In this document: in pieces, positions 29,110 through 38,399 of the stretch | Layout: each line of letters opens with the position of its first letter | Numbering within the stretch: the first letter of the stretch is position 1 | Program-made: the position numbers and the translations under genes | The notes under the pieces: model-generated | Databases searched by the model: none | The model's input: only the letters and a program-made list of their open reading frames with translations | What the model was told of the DNA's origin: nothing | Source: a virus | Taxonomy: Duplodnaviria > Caudoviricetes | Reading direction: 5' to 3' (one strand) | DNA: 64,000 nt | IMG/VR virus record: IMGVR_UViG_3300036796_000061 | Coordinates: 719 to 64,718 of that record

Positions 29110-29658
29110 TTATCCCTCCGATTTTTTAATAATTCCTTCGTTTATCAAATATGCCAGGCCAATCGCCGCAGCATCGCTCATATCGTCCACCGCAAACTCT
29201 CCGTCATATCCCGTCCATTCGCGGACTGCCTGCGCAACTTCTGATTTATCCGCCTTTCCGATTCCGACGACCAACAACTTAACCTGCGACTGTCCGATTC
29301 CTAGTGCCGTCTTCTTCCGGCCGTTCTTTAGCGTATACGTAAACTTATCGAACTTAAATCCGAATTTCTCAACCGCACGCTCGCATCCGCTCCAAGCCGC
29401 CATGACCGGATAGTTTTGCGTACTAGACTGGCCTTGAAAATCTTCGCGAGTCACAAAATCGAAACCCTTTTTCGCATGCTTGGCGATAAACAGCGTCGCC
29501 CAGGATTCGATCAAGTCGGCGCGTAATCCGTGAGTCTGCGTTTTGGCGTCCGTAGTTATATAGGACATGTCGACGATGGACGGCTTGCCGCGCTTAACTT
29601 CGAGGATTGCAACTCCCGGCTGAGTCATACTTGTGTCGAACGCTAGGACCCGGGTCAT
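29110..29658 (-). CDS. RuvC-like Holliday junction resolvase
   Basis: VLAFDTSMTQPG, VTRED, G.GKADKSEV and DDMSDAAAIG catalytic motifs. Confidence 0.85.
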   Translation of the reverse strand: MTRVLAFDTSMTQPGVAILEVKRGKPSIVDMSYITTDAKTQTHGLRADLIESWATLFIAKHAKKGFDFVTREDFQGQSSTQNYPVMAAWSGCERAVEKFGFKFDKFTYTLKNGRKKTALGIGQSQVKLLVVGIGKADKSEVAQAVREWTGYDGEFAVDDMSDAAAIGLAYLINEGIIKKSEG

Positions 29659-29812
29659 TCCTCGTCCTTCTTACCAACCGTCAAAGCCACTGCACTTCCG
29701 ATTAGAAAGTAAATTGCCGTATGATCAAACGTTGAGCCCGTAGCCCACGCTAGTATGTTTATAGCTACGATGTAGACAACCACTAGAACTAACGATAGAA
29801 AGAATTCCTTCA

Positions 29813-30799
29813 TCATCCCGCCTCCCCTTTCGATTTATCGCGCACTTCTTTAATAAAGTCGAACGCTTCGACATAGCTGCGTTTTTTCCATTCCGGAAGC
29901 CCTGACCGCATCGCCTGCGAAGCTGTGCGTTTCACTTGCGCAAACTCTTCGTCTGTCAGCGATAACGAGCACGCCGTCTTGAAGTTGTTAAACGTAAACC
30001 TCGATAAGTCCATCGCTGGCGGTGTTTCTGCGTTAATCGCCGCCGTGATTTCCGCAAAGTTACCGAGTAGCTCTGCGCGATCCGCGTCAGTAATCTCGAA
30101 GCCAAACGCTCGAATATCCGGAGTAGCTTCGTAGTCTGCATCCTCCATGACCCACGCTTTCTTCGCAGCATTTACGTAAAGAATGATGTAGTAGTCGACA
30201 TTGTACATGACCGAATATGCGACGCATTGCTTCCGGTGGCCTTCTTCCGCCTCACGCATCGAGTGGACTGACGTCTTGGCCGGCGTGCTTTGCTTCGACT
30301 TAACTTCGAGGCCCACGCGGAGGATTTCGCCGTCGTCCGTTACGTACTGCATGATGCCGTCGCAGGTGCCATAGAGGTAAAACGTTTGGCCGCCGTGCTC
30401 AACCTTGACGTTCTTCTTGGCGAAGTCTTCAAATACTGGCGTGCCGTCCGGATTACGTTCGAACTTGAATCGGTTGCCAGGCAGATTACGCTCCATTGCG
30501 AGGACCGTACGCTGAACGACGTCGCCGATCGCAGTCCCTATTTCTTGCCATCTGCCCTGATGCGGCTGCTTTGGGAACGTGTCTTTCTTCGCGCGCTTCG
30601 CCTTCATATACAATTCGCGCGGACATGCCTTCGAACTACTTGGCGAAAAGTACGGACGCTTCGGCCATACTTGCGGCGGGTTAGCGTACCACTGATGAAT
30701 CTGTTTATCTAGGTCATTGTCGTAAGTCTCAGGCCTCGAATACCATCGGTCAAGTTCCTGCGTGAAGTGCGTTGCAATTTCGTTTATATTAATTGTCAA
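29813..30799 (-). CDS. PD-(D/E)XK Cas4/RecB-like exonuclease
   Basis: YFSPSSSKACPRELY, GTCDG, LEVKS and Q..AY motifs; in the replication/recombination block. Confidence 0.75.
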   Translation of the reverse strand: MTININEIATHFTQELDRWYSRPETYDNDLDKQIHQWYANPPQVWPKRPYFSPSSSKACPRELYMKAKRAKKDTFPKQPHQGRWQEIGTAIGDVVQRTVLAMERNLPGNRFKFERNPDGTPVFEDFAKKNVKVEHGGQTFYLYGTCDGIMQYVTDDGEILRVGLEVKSKQSTPAKTSVHSMREAEEGHRKQCVAYSVMYNVDYYIILYVNAAKKAWVMEDADYEATPDIRAFGFEITDADRAELLGNFAEITAAINAETPPAMDLSRFTFNNFKTACSLSLTDEEFAQVKRTASQAMRSGLPEWKKRSYVEAFDFIKEVRDKSKGEAG

Positions 30800-31186
30800 T
30801 TACTTCGCCACCTTTCCGTCTGGCTTCGTAGTCTTATAAATGGTTGTTTCGACTTTATGCGGATACACTTGCGAGATATCCGGTTCACCAAAATCTCCGC
30901 CTTCTTGCGACTCTGACGCAGGAACTTCTTCCGTAACTTTGAAGTAAACATGTTCGCTTTTGAAATAGTATCTAAAAACTCGTGTACGGTAATTCGACCA
31001 ACGGCCGCCTTCAGAGAACGTCTCATCTACTTCTTTACCGCCGGATACAAGAAGTTCTACTTTCTCACCCGCGGATAATCCTTCGATCTCCTTCTGAAAT
31101 TCTTCACGAGATTTCCCAAAAATAGCGTCCGTATTATATTCCGCTTCGCCCATTACATATAACTTCAATAAAAGATCATTTATCAT
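30800..31186 (-). CDS. Hypothetical protein
   Basis: 128 aa; coupled to polA. Confidence 0.6.
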   Translation of the reverse strand: MINDLLLKLYVMGEAEYNTDAIFGKSREEFQKEIEGLSAGEKVELLVSGGKEVDETFSEGGRWSNYRTRVFRYYFKSEHVYFKVTEEVPASESQEGGDFGEPDISQVYPHKVETTIYKTTKPDGKVAK

Positions 31187-33343
31187 CTATTCGTCCTCCT
31201 CCGTAATAAACCAATCGTCATTCTTAACTTTTTCGAGCCATCTTTCCGGATTCAATTCAACGTCGCATCGTACGGGACACACCAGTTTAACCGCGTTCTC
31301 CATCGTCTCCCTTATCTCGTTAAGCCCTTCTTCCGTAACATTTCGCGGACAGTCTATAACGAGCTCATCGTGCACCTGGAGTAATATTTCCGAATCATAC
31401 TTTACAAGGACCGGCTGTAGGTCGACGATAGCCTTCTTTAAAATCGATCCTGCGCTTGCCTGTATCGGAAAGTTCCCCGCCTGCCTTTGCGCTCCAAATT
31501 TGCGGAACATATCCTTCGATTTAACTTCCTTATGCAATCGGCGCTTTCGTCCGAATATATCCGTTACGAATCCTTGCTTCATTACAAGGCGATGCTGTTC
31601 GTCCATGTAGCGCTTAATTCCGGGATAACCCAGGAAGTAGTCGTCGATGATTTTCTGCGCCTCTTTTTTGCTGATTTCTAGGTTGTCAGCGAGTGAGCCG
31701 GAGCCCATCCCGTATACAATTCCGAAGTTTACTATCTTCGCCTGCTTACGAAACTTCTGCTCGGCTGATCCGTCGTTGTCCTTGCCGACCTCTATATCTT
31801 CGTAGCTGAATCGCCCTGCGCTTATTAACGCTGCAGTCGTCGAGTGAATGTCGTGGCCGTTTTCGAACGCCTTTATCAATACCTTTTCGTTCGCCATATG
31901 CGCCAAAACGCGAAGCTCAATTTGGCTGTAATCGATGGAAACTAGGATTCGGTCGCTGGACGTCGCTAAGAAAAGATGGCGTACTTCCGGACGTTTCGCC
32001 GGTATCTGCTGAGTATTCGGCGACTTACAAGTAAACCGTCCTGTCGCAGCACCCCACGAATTATGCCACGGGTGAATCTTGCCGTCCGACTTAACTTCCT
32101 TCGGCAACTTCTGCGTAAATGCCTGGCGAAGCTTACCAACGCCGCGGTACTCCATAATTAACGGAATGACCGGATGCTCACGCTTAATTTTCTTCAGTAT
32201 CTTGACGCCGGTCGATCCGTTAGCAATATCCGTAAGCCCTAGCTCTACGAATAACTTCTGCTTAAGTTGGGCCGGCGAGTTAAGGTTAATTTCCCCGCCG
32301 AATATTTCCGATATCTTAGCGAATAGCTCCTTCTCCTCGATTTCAAACTTCGCGTCTAGCTCCGCCGCCTTTTTCAAATCAAAACGGATACCGCGCAAGT
32401 CTGAACGGATAAACTGTCGGCATACTGGCATTTCTACTTCGAAAAGTAATCGCTTGATGTCCGCCAGGTTCGGCGTATTTAAATGACGCATGATCCAGTA
32501 ATACAGTTTTAGCGTCTTCTCCGTATCTCCAGCACCATATACAAGTGCAACGCGAAGGGATATTTCGTTGAACGGAGTGTTTCCGAATAGCTCGTCGAAA
32601 TTATCACTCTGCTGCTTCAACCAGTCCGTCAGCAAGTTTTTCAACCGGTGGTCGCGGTTCTCGTCGAGTGCCATCGCCATTATCCGGGTGTCTGCGTGAA
32701 GGTTAGTCGCCAAGTCGATTCCGTATTTCACAGCGAACCATTTGCAATCGAAAGGTGCGTTGTGCATGACTGTTTTCGCCTGTTCTAACGGTTCTTTAAT
32801 TGCTGCGATTATTTGTTCCTCGGTCAAATCCGTAGTTTCAACGTGATTTAACGGAACGTAATAGTTCATGTCATTTGCGGTTACTGAGAACCCCGCAACG
32901 TTGCCGCGCCACGGGTCCAGTGCTCCGCCTTCCTTGCCATATGTCTCCGAGTCAAAGCCGATTATTTCGCTGGCCTTTATATCGGAAATCATCCGCTCTA
33001 AATTTTCGTAGTTATCGACCAATACGTAATTCGCCGGAGTCTTCGCCACAAGCTCCGCCAATTTTCCCTCGCGCTGACTCTCCGCCAATCCTTTATATAA
33101 CCGAAGCGCCTCCGCTTTGCTGAATCGTTTGCCGGCAGCTGCGGGGTCCCTGCCTATTAGCCCCGCCTCCATGCCCGCCTTTACTTCGACCAGCCTCGCT
33201 TGATCCGGCGTACTGTTATTCATCGCCAGAATCCGCTGCCACGCTTCCTCCAACGTTTCGCTCGCCGCCTTTTTCTTCGTAGCCGCCGCCTTCAAGCGCT
33301 CAGTTGCGCCGGGTGCTGCGTTTAAATTAAGCCGTATTTCCAA
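31187..33343 (-). CDS. polA: Family A DNA polymerase with 3'-5' exonuclease
   Basis: FDSET, HNAPFD, DYSQIELRVLAH, KIVNFGIVYG and QVHDEL motifs; TTG start after GGAGGTG; no intein or intron seen. Confidence 0.95.
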   Translation of the reverse strand: MEIRLNLNAAPGATERLKAAATKKKAASETLEEAWQRILAMNNSTPDQARLVEVKAGMEAGLIGRDPAAAGKRFSKAEALRLYKGLAESQREGKLAELVAKTPANYVLVDNYENLERMISDIKASEIIGFDSETYGKEGGALDPWRGNVAGFSVTANDMNYYVPLNHVETTDLTEEQIIAAIKEPLEQAKTVMHNAPFDCKWFAVKYGIDLATNLHADTRIMAMALDENRDHRLKNLLTDWLKQQSDNFDELFGNTPFNEISLRVALVYGAGDTEKTLKLYYWIMRHLNTPNLADIKRLLFEVEMPVCRQFIRSDLRGIRFDLKKAAELDAKFEIEEKELFAKISEIFGGEINLNSPAQLKQKLFVELGLTDIANGSTGVKILKKIKREHPVIPLIMEYRGVGKLRQAFTQKLPKEVKSDGKIHPWHNSWGAATGRFTCKSPNTQQIPAKRPEVRHLFLATSSDRILVSIDYSQIELRVLAHMANEKVLIKAFENGHDIHSTTAALISAGRFSYEDIEVGKDNDGSAEQKFRKQAKIVNFGIVYGMGSGSLADNLEISKKEAQKIIDDYFLGYPGIKRYMDEQHRLVMKQGFVTDIFGRKRRLHKEVKSKDMFRKFGAQRQAGNFPIQASAGSILKKAIVDLQPVLVKYDSEILLQVHDELVIDCPRNVTEEGLNEIRETMENAVKLVCPVRCDVELNPERWLEKVKNDDWFITEEDE

Positions 33344-33362
33344 GGCCCTCACCTCCGTCCTC

Positions 33363-33566
33363 CTAGAGCTCGCACCGCTCAACGTTCAACTTCCGATAAT
33401 CCTCCGCCAGCACCTCGGCGTTCGACGCCCACCATTCGGAAAAGCAACTCCGTCCGCAGAAGTGGTGATCGCCATGGTCGTCGTACAGGGCGGACCGGCC
33501 TTCGTGTAGCTCGGCGTTGCAGGCGGGATTGGCGCAGAGGGCTGCGACCGGATTACGCACGGTCAA
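33363..33566 (-). CDS. Small zinc-finger protein
   Basis: CANPAC...HHFCGRSC. Confidence 0.55.
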   Translation of the reverse strand: MTVRNPVAALCANPACNAELHEGRSALYDDHGDHHFCGRSCFSEWWASNAEVLAEDYRKLNVERCEL

Positions 33567-34125
33567 ACCTCGCTTCTACTGGCGTGATTAGTTCGACTGT
33601 ACTAGGGACATTACCGATATAAACTCCGTAACTACTACCTCCGTGCGTTTTGAAATATATGTGAGTATCGCTAATACTTTCGATTAAGAAAGCGTGTGTA
33701 ACGAACTTAACAATGTCGCCCTCCTTGAATTCGTTCGGCTTGCGTCCAATCTTCGCCCATCTACGCAAAACTTCAAATCGCTCCGATTCTTTCTTCGCTT
33801 TAGCTTCAATTTCGGCTACTTCTTCTGCGGAAACCTTTTCGAGTTGGTCTGGTTTTGCAAAACCGCTAAAGCCTCCGCCTTTTATTTGTATCGTTCCTAC
33901 GTGGTATTTTGGCTTAGGTTCGAATACTTCGTAAATTTTACCAGTAACTAAGCCTAGTAACGGGTGCTTATTTCCTCCACTGGTTAATCGCACTTTATCG
34001 CCGACCTTAAACGGCTCCTCTTTCGCTTTCCCTGCCGGAAACTCAACGCCCATCATTGCGAATATCTCCTTCAATTCCTCCGCCGTTCCCTCGTATACTG
34101 TTCCATCAACTGTAATTTTCGCCAT
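33553..34125 (-). CDS. Hypothetical protein (KOW/SH3-like repeats)
   Basis: FKVGDKVRL and FKEGDIVKF repeats. Confidence 0.6.
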   Translation of the reverse strand: MAKITVDGTVYEGTAEELKEIFAMMGVEFPAGKAKEEPFKVGDKVRLTSGGNKHPLLGLVTGKIYEVFEPKPKYHVGTIQIKGGGFSGFAKPDQLEKVSAEEVAEIEAKAKKESERFEVLRRWAKIGRKPNEFKEGDIVKFVTHAFLIESISDTHIYFKTHGGSSYGVYIGNVPSTVELITPVEARFDRA

Positions 34126-34126
34126 C

Positions 34127-34543
34127 CTAAACCGCCTCCGATTCGTATAATTTTAGTCCGCCTAGATTTCCGATACTCGCGTCCAACTTCGTCCATTTTA
34201 CGCTAAGCTCAGCCGGCTTTGCCCAGTACTCGCAGATTTCGCGATTCTCGAACATATACGCCACGCCCTCGTGCACCCCGACGAAATAGTCCGCCTCATC
34301 CTTCGAATATACCGAGCCGTTATTCTTGGAGCCGGGGACGACGATCCAATCTGTGCCGTCCTTATTGCGAGCCCTCGCCGATTTTACCTGTACGCGTTTG
34401 AGTTCCGTCCAACCCGGGCGTGTAATCCCCAGGTCGAACGCGTCGGGCACCGTCGGCTCCATTACCGTCCAGCCGTTCGCCAGCAAGGCGGTGACTGCGA
34501 TGAGCTCGGCGTGCCGGCCTTTTGTTGCGGTATCGTGTGCCAT
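34127..34543 (-). CDS. Freestanding PD-(D/E)XK endonuclease (homing-type, PDDEXK_5-like)
   Basis: KGRHAELIAVTALLANGW...FDL...RVQVKS; ATG 34543 after GGAGGAC. Confidence 0.7.
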   Translation of the reverse strand: MAHDTATKGRHAELIAVTALLANGWTVMEPTVPDAFDLGITRPGWTELKRVQVKSARARNKDGTDWIVVPGSKNNGSVYSKDEADYFVGVHEGVAYMFENREICEYWAKPAELSVKWTKLDASIGNLGGLKLYESEAV

Positions 34544-34685
34544 TATTCGTCCTCCAATCCAGCTATAAATTGTAATAATCCTGCGCATATAAGATACGGG
34601 GTAGTTTCAACACTAAATCCAATCGCCATATATACCGGAATGGCTAATAACATTGCGAAAATAACCTTCATACGCCATCTCCTCC

Positions 34686-35474
34686 TTAAAATTCCTCCGT
34701 CGGATCGAGTTTTTCTTCTTCACCCACGTTTTCATCCGCCTGCCCTGCGCCAATACTCAAGCCAATCAACGTTATATCAAACCCGGCCGCCACTAAGTTT
34801 TCCGTCTGCTGCTTCTCGTCAGCTTCGTACAGCAATCCGTTGAACAACGCCATGTCGAATTCCTTGCCGTCATACTTGGCGAAGTTAGCACGTTGCTTGT
34901 TATCTACTTCCTCGTCTTCCGGATCCATCGATAAAGTAGATAACATGACGATGGTGCTCGTGTCTTTGCCCGTCTTCTCTATCTCGAACGCCACCTTGCC
35001 GAGTTTCTTTTCGTTCTTCTTAATTACAGCGTGCACCCCTTGCGCTTGTTTGCGGGAAAGGTCGATGATAATCGGTTCACCCGTTTCTAAATTAATGAAG
35101 CCAAGTGCAAAACGCTCTTTAACTCGATATTTCGCCGCTTCTTTCTTGTACTCTTCAGCTTTCGTGAAGTCTCCGGCATCCTCAGCTTTTCGCTTTAAGT
35201 CGGCATAGTAGTTGCACGCTTGATCCCAAGGCGTGAAGTTTGATTCTGCGAATCCTCTAGCGTTCTTGATGGAGGGATTCTTCGCTACGAACGAGTTAAC
35301 TTTCTTAAAAATTCCGTAGCTATAAAACTTGATGAGGTCAGCCGTTCCTAGAATACGCACTTTGTATGAAGTTCCAGAGGAAAACTTTGCGAATTCTGCC
35401 CCGCTACCGCCACCTTCGTTTGTTGCGTTCAATGCGTTCAATGCGTCTGCTCCTGCCGAATATTGTTGCGCCAT
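34686..35474 (-). CDS. Single-stranded DNA-binding protein (gp32-like OB fold)
   Basis: KFSSGTSYKVRI, acidic C-terminal tail DPTEEF; lies between polA and the sigma gene. Confidence 0.65.
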   Translation of the reverse strand: MAQQYSAGADALNALNATNEGGGSGAEFAKFSSGTSYKVRILGTADLIKFYSYGIFKKVNSFVAKNPSIKNARGFAESNFTPWDQACNYYADLKRKAEDAGDFTKAEEYKKEAAKYRVKERFALGFINLETGEPIIIDLSRKQAQGVHAVIKKNEKKLGKVAFEIEKTGKDTSTIVMLSTLSMDPEDEEVDNKQRANFAKYDGKEFDMALFNGLLYEADEKQQTENLVAAGFDITLIGLSIGAGQADENVGEEEKLDPTEEF

Positions 35475-35523
35475 TATATCGTCCCCTTTTCGTTTTTAAT
35501 GTTCGAGCTCCGGATTTAATCCC

Positions 35524-35634
35524 GCGCCCGTCGCAAAATGCAGATATCTGCGCTCAAGAATACACCAGCGTTATTTGCGTAGCGTATCGACACCTTTACT
35601 TAATGAGGTCGCCTCTGCACTCTCCGACGGACGC
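35524..35634 (-). ncRNA. Candidate structured 5' leader of the ssb gene
   Basis: Closing stem GCGUCCGUCG/CGACGGGCGC enclosing UGCAGA/UCUGCA and two further hairpins; 170 nt with no ORF. Confidence 0.4.
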
Positions 35635-36159
35635 CGGCACTTATTCATCCGCGCATCCACCGTACTAACTCCGCCAATTCTTCGCGGATTGTGATGCCTA
35701 GAAATCCTAACGCCAGGACTGCGCTGAACCATACAAATATGTTCACTTGTCTGCTCTCCTTCCGTAAAACTTTGCGTATTGAATAATGATTTGCTGGCGC
35801 TTGACGTCTGCCAGGCTTACGACTTTTGCGCTCATCCTAATCGCACTCCTTTGATGCTTCGGATTTTTACGTTCTCAGCCACGTAGCCCGTTTCGTAGCG
35901 AATCGGATCCTGCTCATAGCGTGCGATTTTGCGGTCCAGCGACGTTTGCTTTCCAGTTTTGCGGGTATACTGTGAATATGACGGTTTCATTACATAACCT
36001 CCGTTAGATTGATTTATTGGCGAAAGTATCGTAGTATAGCGTTAGTGAAATAATGTCGCTAATTGGCGATATATTCTGTATGGCATTAACTGGGCATCTG
36101 CCCTATAATAAGAAAGAAGGCGAGTGCGACGTAGTGCCTAAATGCCGCACCCCTTATTT

Positions 36160-36771
36160 TTAAAGCGCAACTAGATAGTCGCGGAAATCTCCGTGCTGTT
36201 TAGTACTAAATTTGCCCGCCAGGCGATTTAAAGCGCGTATTACTTTTGAATGGTGAACCCCTAATTCCTTCGCGATTGCCGTCGCTGTTGGTTTCGGGTG
36301 GTTAAGGAACGTTCTAACGACGCCAATCGTTATTTCGTCCGCACCTTCTAGGAGAGAGTCGATCAGCGCCAACTGATCGGCTTTTTTCTTTGCGATTACC
36401 GCGTTTTCTAAGTTGAACTCATCGGCGATTTCGAATCGGGAGGTTGCCGCCTCGTCATCATCGTTTGCCGCTTCGTAAACTTCGAATTCCCTTCTCCTTT
36501 TCGTCATTCCGTAAATATCTTGCCGTTTCCTATAAATGCTCCGATTAAGGAAGTTAATAAAGTCGCCTCGTCCGTCGTATGCCGCCAAGCATCTCATCAA
36601 GACATCTTCGTAAGCTGCGGTGATTTCTGATTCGTTCGATCTGACCGACTGTGCTACCGTTCCAAGACTTCGCCACCCCTTCGCTATAACTTCGTAAATT
36701 TCAGCGAAACTTTCGTCACTTCGTTCTGACTTGTATCGAATCACCATGTTATTTAATTGGTTGTTTTCCAT
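36160..36771 (-). CDS. Phage-encoded RNA polymerase sigma factor (sigma70/ECF-like)
   Basis: Region 2-like (ITAAYEDVLMRCLAAYDGRGDFINFLNRSIYRKRQD) and region 4 HTH (TATAIAKELGVHHSKVIRALNRL); 203 aa. Confidence 0.8.
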   Translation of the reverse strand: MENNQLNNMVIRYKSERSDESFAEIYEVIAKGWRSLGTVAQSVRSNESEITAAYEDVLMRCLAAYDGRGDFINFLNRSIYRKRQDIYGMTKRRREFEVYEAANDDDEAATSRFEIADEFNLENAVIAKKKADQLALIDSLLEGADEITIGVVRTFLNHPKPTATAIAKELGVHHSKVIRALNRLAGKFSTKQHGDFRDYLVAL

Positions 36772-36793
36772 CGTAACACTCCTTATTTTGCGT

Positions 36794-36832
36794 CCTTACT
36801 ATATAATAAGAATGAGTTGGGTAAGTCGCGCA
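36794..36832 (-). promoter_or_regulatory. Putative phage-sigma promoter upstream of the sigma gene
   Basis: TGCGCGACTT-ACCCAACTCA-TTCTTATTATATAGTAAG. Confidence 0.7.
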
Positions 36833-36883
36833 GTTTTTATAAATCTTTTTTTATTTACGTAAATTCACGTAACTTATAAACTT

Positions 36884-36948
36884 ATAATAGCACCCACTTT
36901 AGCCAACTATTGGAAAGTTTAGAGTTTTATATTTTTTTAAAAACTTTC
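36884..36948 (-). promoter_or_regulatory. Extended -10 promoter with an abutting palindromic operator (candidate AimR box)
   Basis: GAAAGTTT-N20-AAACTTTC at 36913-36948; TGcTATTAT at 36892-36884; no usable -35. Confidence 0.55.
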
Positions 36949-36967
36949 AACAATTTTCCATTTAAAC

Positions 36968-36997
36968 AAAAAAAAAAAAGAAGAGCCTAAGCCCTCC
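36968..36997 (-). terminator. Intrinsic terminator after aimP
   Basis: GGAGGGC-TTAG-GCTCTTC followed by T12. Confidence 0.85.
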
Positions 36998-37029
36998 TTT
37001 TGTGACTGCTTTATTATTTTATACCTTGA

Positions 37030-37218
37030 TTATAGTCCGCCTGTTCCTGGGTCTTTCTTAGCCACTACTGTTCCTGTTCCTACACTTAATCCCCCTGTCC
37101 CCGGATCTTTTTTTGCTAATTCTACAAGCCCCTTAGCTTCCTCAATTTTATTGAATCCTGCAATCCCACCTAAAACCAATACACCAACAAATACCATACT
37201 TAAAACGATTTTCTTCAT
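37030..37218 (-). CDS. aimP: Arbitrium-like pro-peptide with two AKKDPGTGGL copies
   Basis: MKK plus hydrophobic signal peptide; C-terminal DPGxGG-type peptide; directly downstream of the RRNPP receptor gene. Confidence 0.85.
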   Translation of the reverse strand: MKKIVLSMVFVGVLVLGGIAGFNKIEEAKGLVELAKKDPGTGGLSVGTGTVVAKKDPGTGGL

Positions 37219-37241
37219 CGAATTCCCATCCCCTTTTTATA

Positions 37242-38378
37242 TTATTCGAAAAATAACAGGTCAGCCATCGGCTTAAACATTGGGTCATCCTTTAATTGAC
37301 TATATGGTAGATTCGCGTAAAATCTGTCTCCTTTCTTATTTATAAAGTAAATCAACGATTGCATGAAGAGAGTTTTATCACCAGTCGCTAATCCTTTGTA
37401 ATAAAGGTTGAAACCGTTGACTCCTCTCTCATCTACCACCTTGTCAAGAAGTGAAATCGAAACTCGTTTATCCCCGTTTAAAGCCAGATAGTGAGCCTGT
37501 TCAGAGATGTCGACTATTTCAGGTTTTTGCTCATGTTTACACCAAAAGTTCTTGATAAATGGAATATCGTGATTATCCACTATATCAGCTTCTTCGTTTC
37601 GGTTGTTACGTATAAGCATTTCCCTGAACTTCATGATGTTACTCACGCACTTATCATAGTTGTTAAACAAGTACGACATCCCTACTATATAATAAGAATT
37701 AGTTGTGGAAGTCGCGCAAAAATCCATAGAAATAATTTGTTCTGCGTGGTTTCTTGCTTCCTCATTGTTGTTGTGGTTGTAAAGATGGATATAAGAATAA
37801 AGCTCTTTTATTCGAACTTGGTAAGAATCCTTGATGAAGTCTGCTTTTAAACTCGCTAAGGAAGATTCTAGACCATTGAAAATATTCGCCATTGAACTGT
37901 ACTCGCGGTTCCTGTTTCGGCAGGTTATCTCCAGGATCCTCATAAGTACAATAATTTCAGGACTTCTTCTTTTGAAAAGTCGTATCCTTTCTAAAATTAC
38001 CGACAAATCCCCTCCTTCTAGGTACATTAATACTAAGCTATATCCTTCGTACCATTCTTCCAATCCACTCTTACTTCTTACCTTCTCTAACAATGCCCTT
38101 AATTCCTTTATGTGCTTATTAGATGAAAGAAATTCCAAAGAGTATTTAAGGTTTATAGGTTGATTAAATTCTAAACACAAATCCTTGAAGATTCGGGCGT
38201 GTTGTTCTTTAAATATGTACTTAGTTATTTTCAATTGAGTTTGGAATTTAATCTCTGTACCTTTCTTCGCATGAGAAAGTGTACTTTTATCAACTTCAGC
38301 AGCTATTGCAATATCCGTCCAACTTACTTTTGTAGGAAGCTCATCTAAGGCATTTTCAATTGTTTTTACTAACAACAT
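37242..38378 (-). CDS. aimR: Arbitrium-like RRNPP peptide receptor/transcription factor
   Basis: 378 aa from ATG 38378; N-terminal HTH; TPR-like helices (NSYYIVGMSYLF); C-terminal GDRFYANLP; followed by the pro-peptide. Confidence 0.85.
   Translation of the reverse strand: MLLVKTIENALDELPTKVSWTDIAIAAEVDKSTLSHAKKGTEIKFQTQLKITKYIFKEQHARIFKDLCLEFNQPINLKYSLEFLSSNKHIKELRALLEKVRSKSGLEEWYEGYSLVLMYLEGGDLSVILERIRLFKRRSPEIIVLMRILEITCRNRNREYSSMANIFNGLESSLASLKADFIKDSYQVRIKELYSYIHLYNHNNNEEARNHAEQIISMDFCATSTTNSYYIVGMSYLFNNYDKCVSNIMKFREMLIRNNRNEEADIVDNHDIPFIKNFWCKHEQKPEIVDISEQAHYLALNGDKRVSISLLDKVVDERGVNGFNLYYKGLATGDKTLFMQSLIYFINKKGDRFYANLPYSQLKDDPMFKPMADLLFFE
37682..37718 (-). promoter_or_regulatory. Putative phage-sigma promoter embedded in aimR
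   Basis: TGCGCGACTT-CCACAACTAA-TTCTTATTATATAGTAG, nearly identical to the copy at 36794-36832. Confidence 0.65.
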
Positions 38379-38399
38379 ACTATCCACTCCCATTCGTAT

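Noticed and set aside
29813-30799. Cas4-like nuclease as a sign of CRISPR-Cas
   Set aside because: No repeat-spacer array or other cas genes were seen; the context is replication/recombination.
26286-33343. Inteins or introns in nrdJ and polA
   Set aside because: Both are of ordinary length with contiguous catalytic motifs, and no intein termini or interruptions were seen.
36095-36135. TTCTTATTATAGG half-motif downstream of the sigma gene
   Set aside because: The upstream block (CTACGTCGCA) does not match TGCGCGACTT at the fixed spacing. It may be a degenerate promoter but was not counted.
36968-36979. A12 homopolymer as a phase-variation tract
   Set aside because: It is explained as the U-tract of the aimP terminator and is non-coding.
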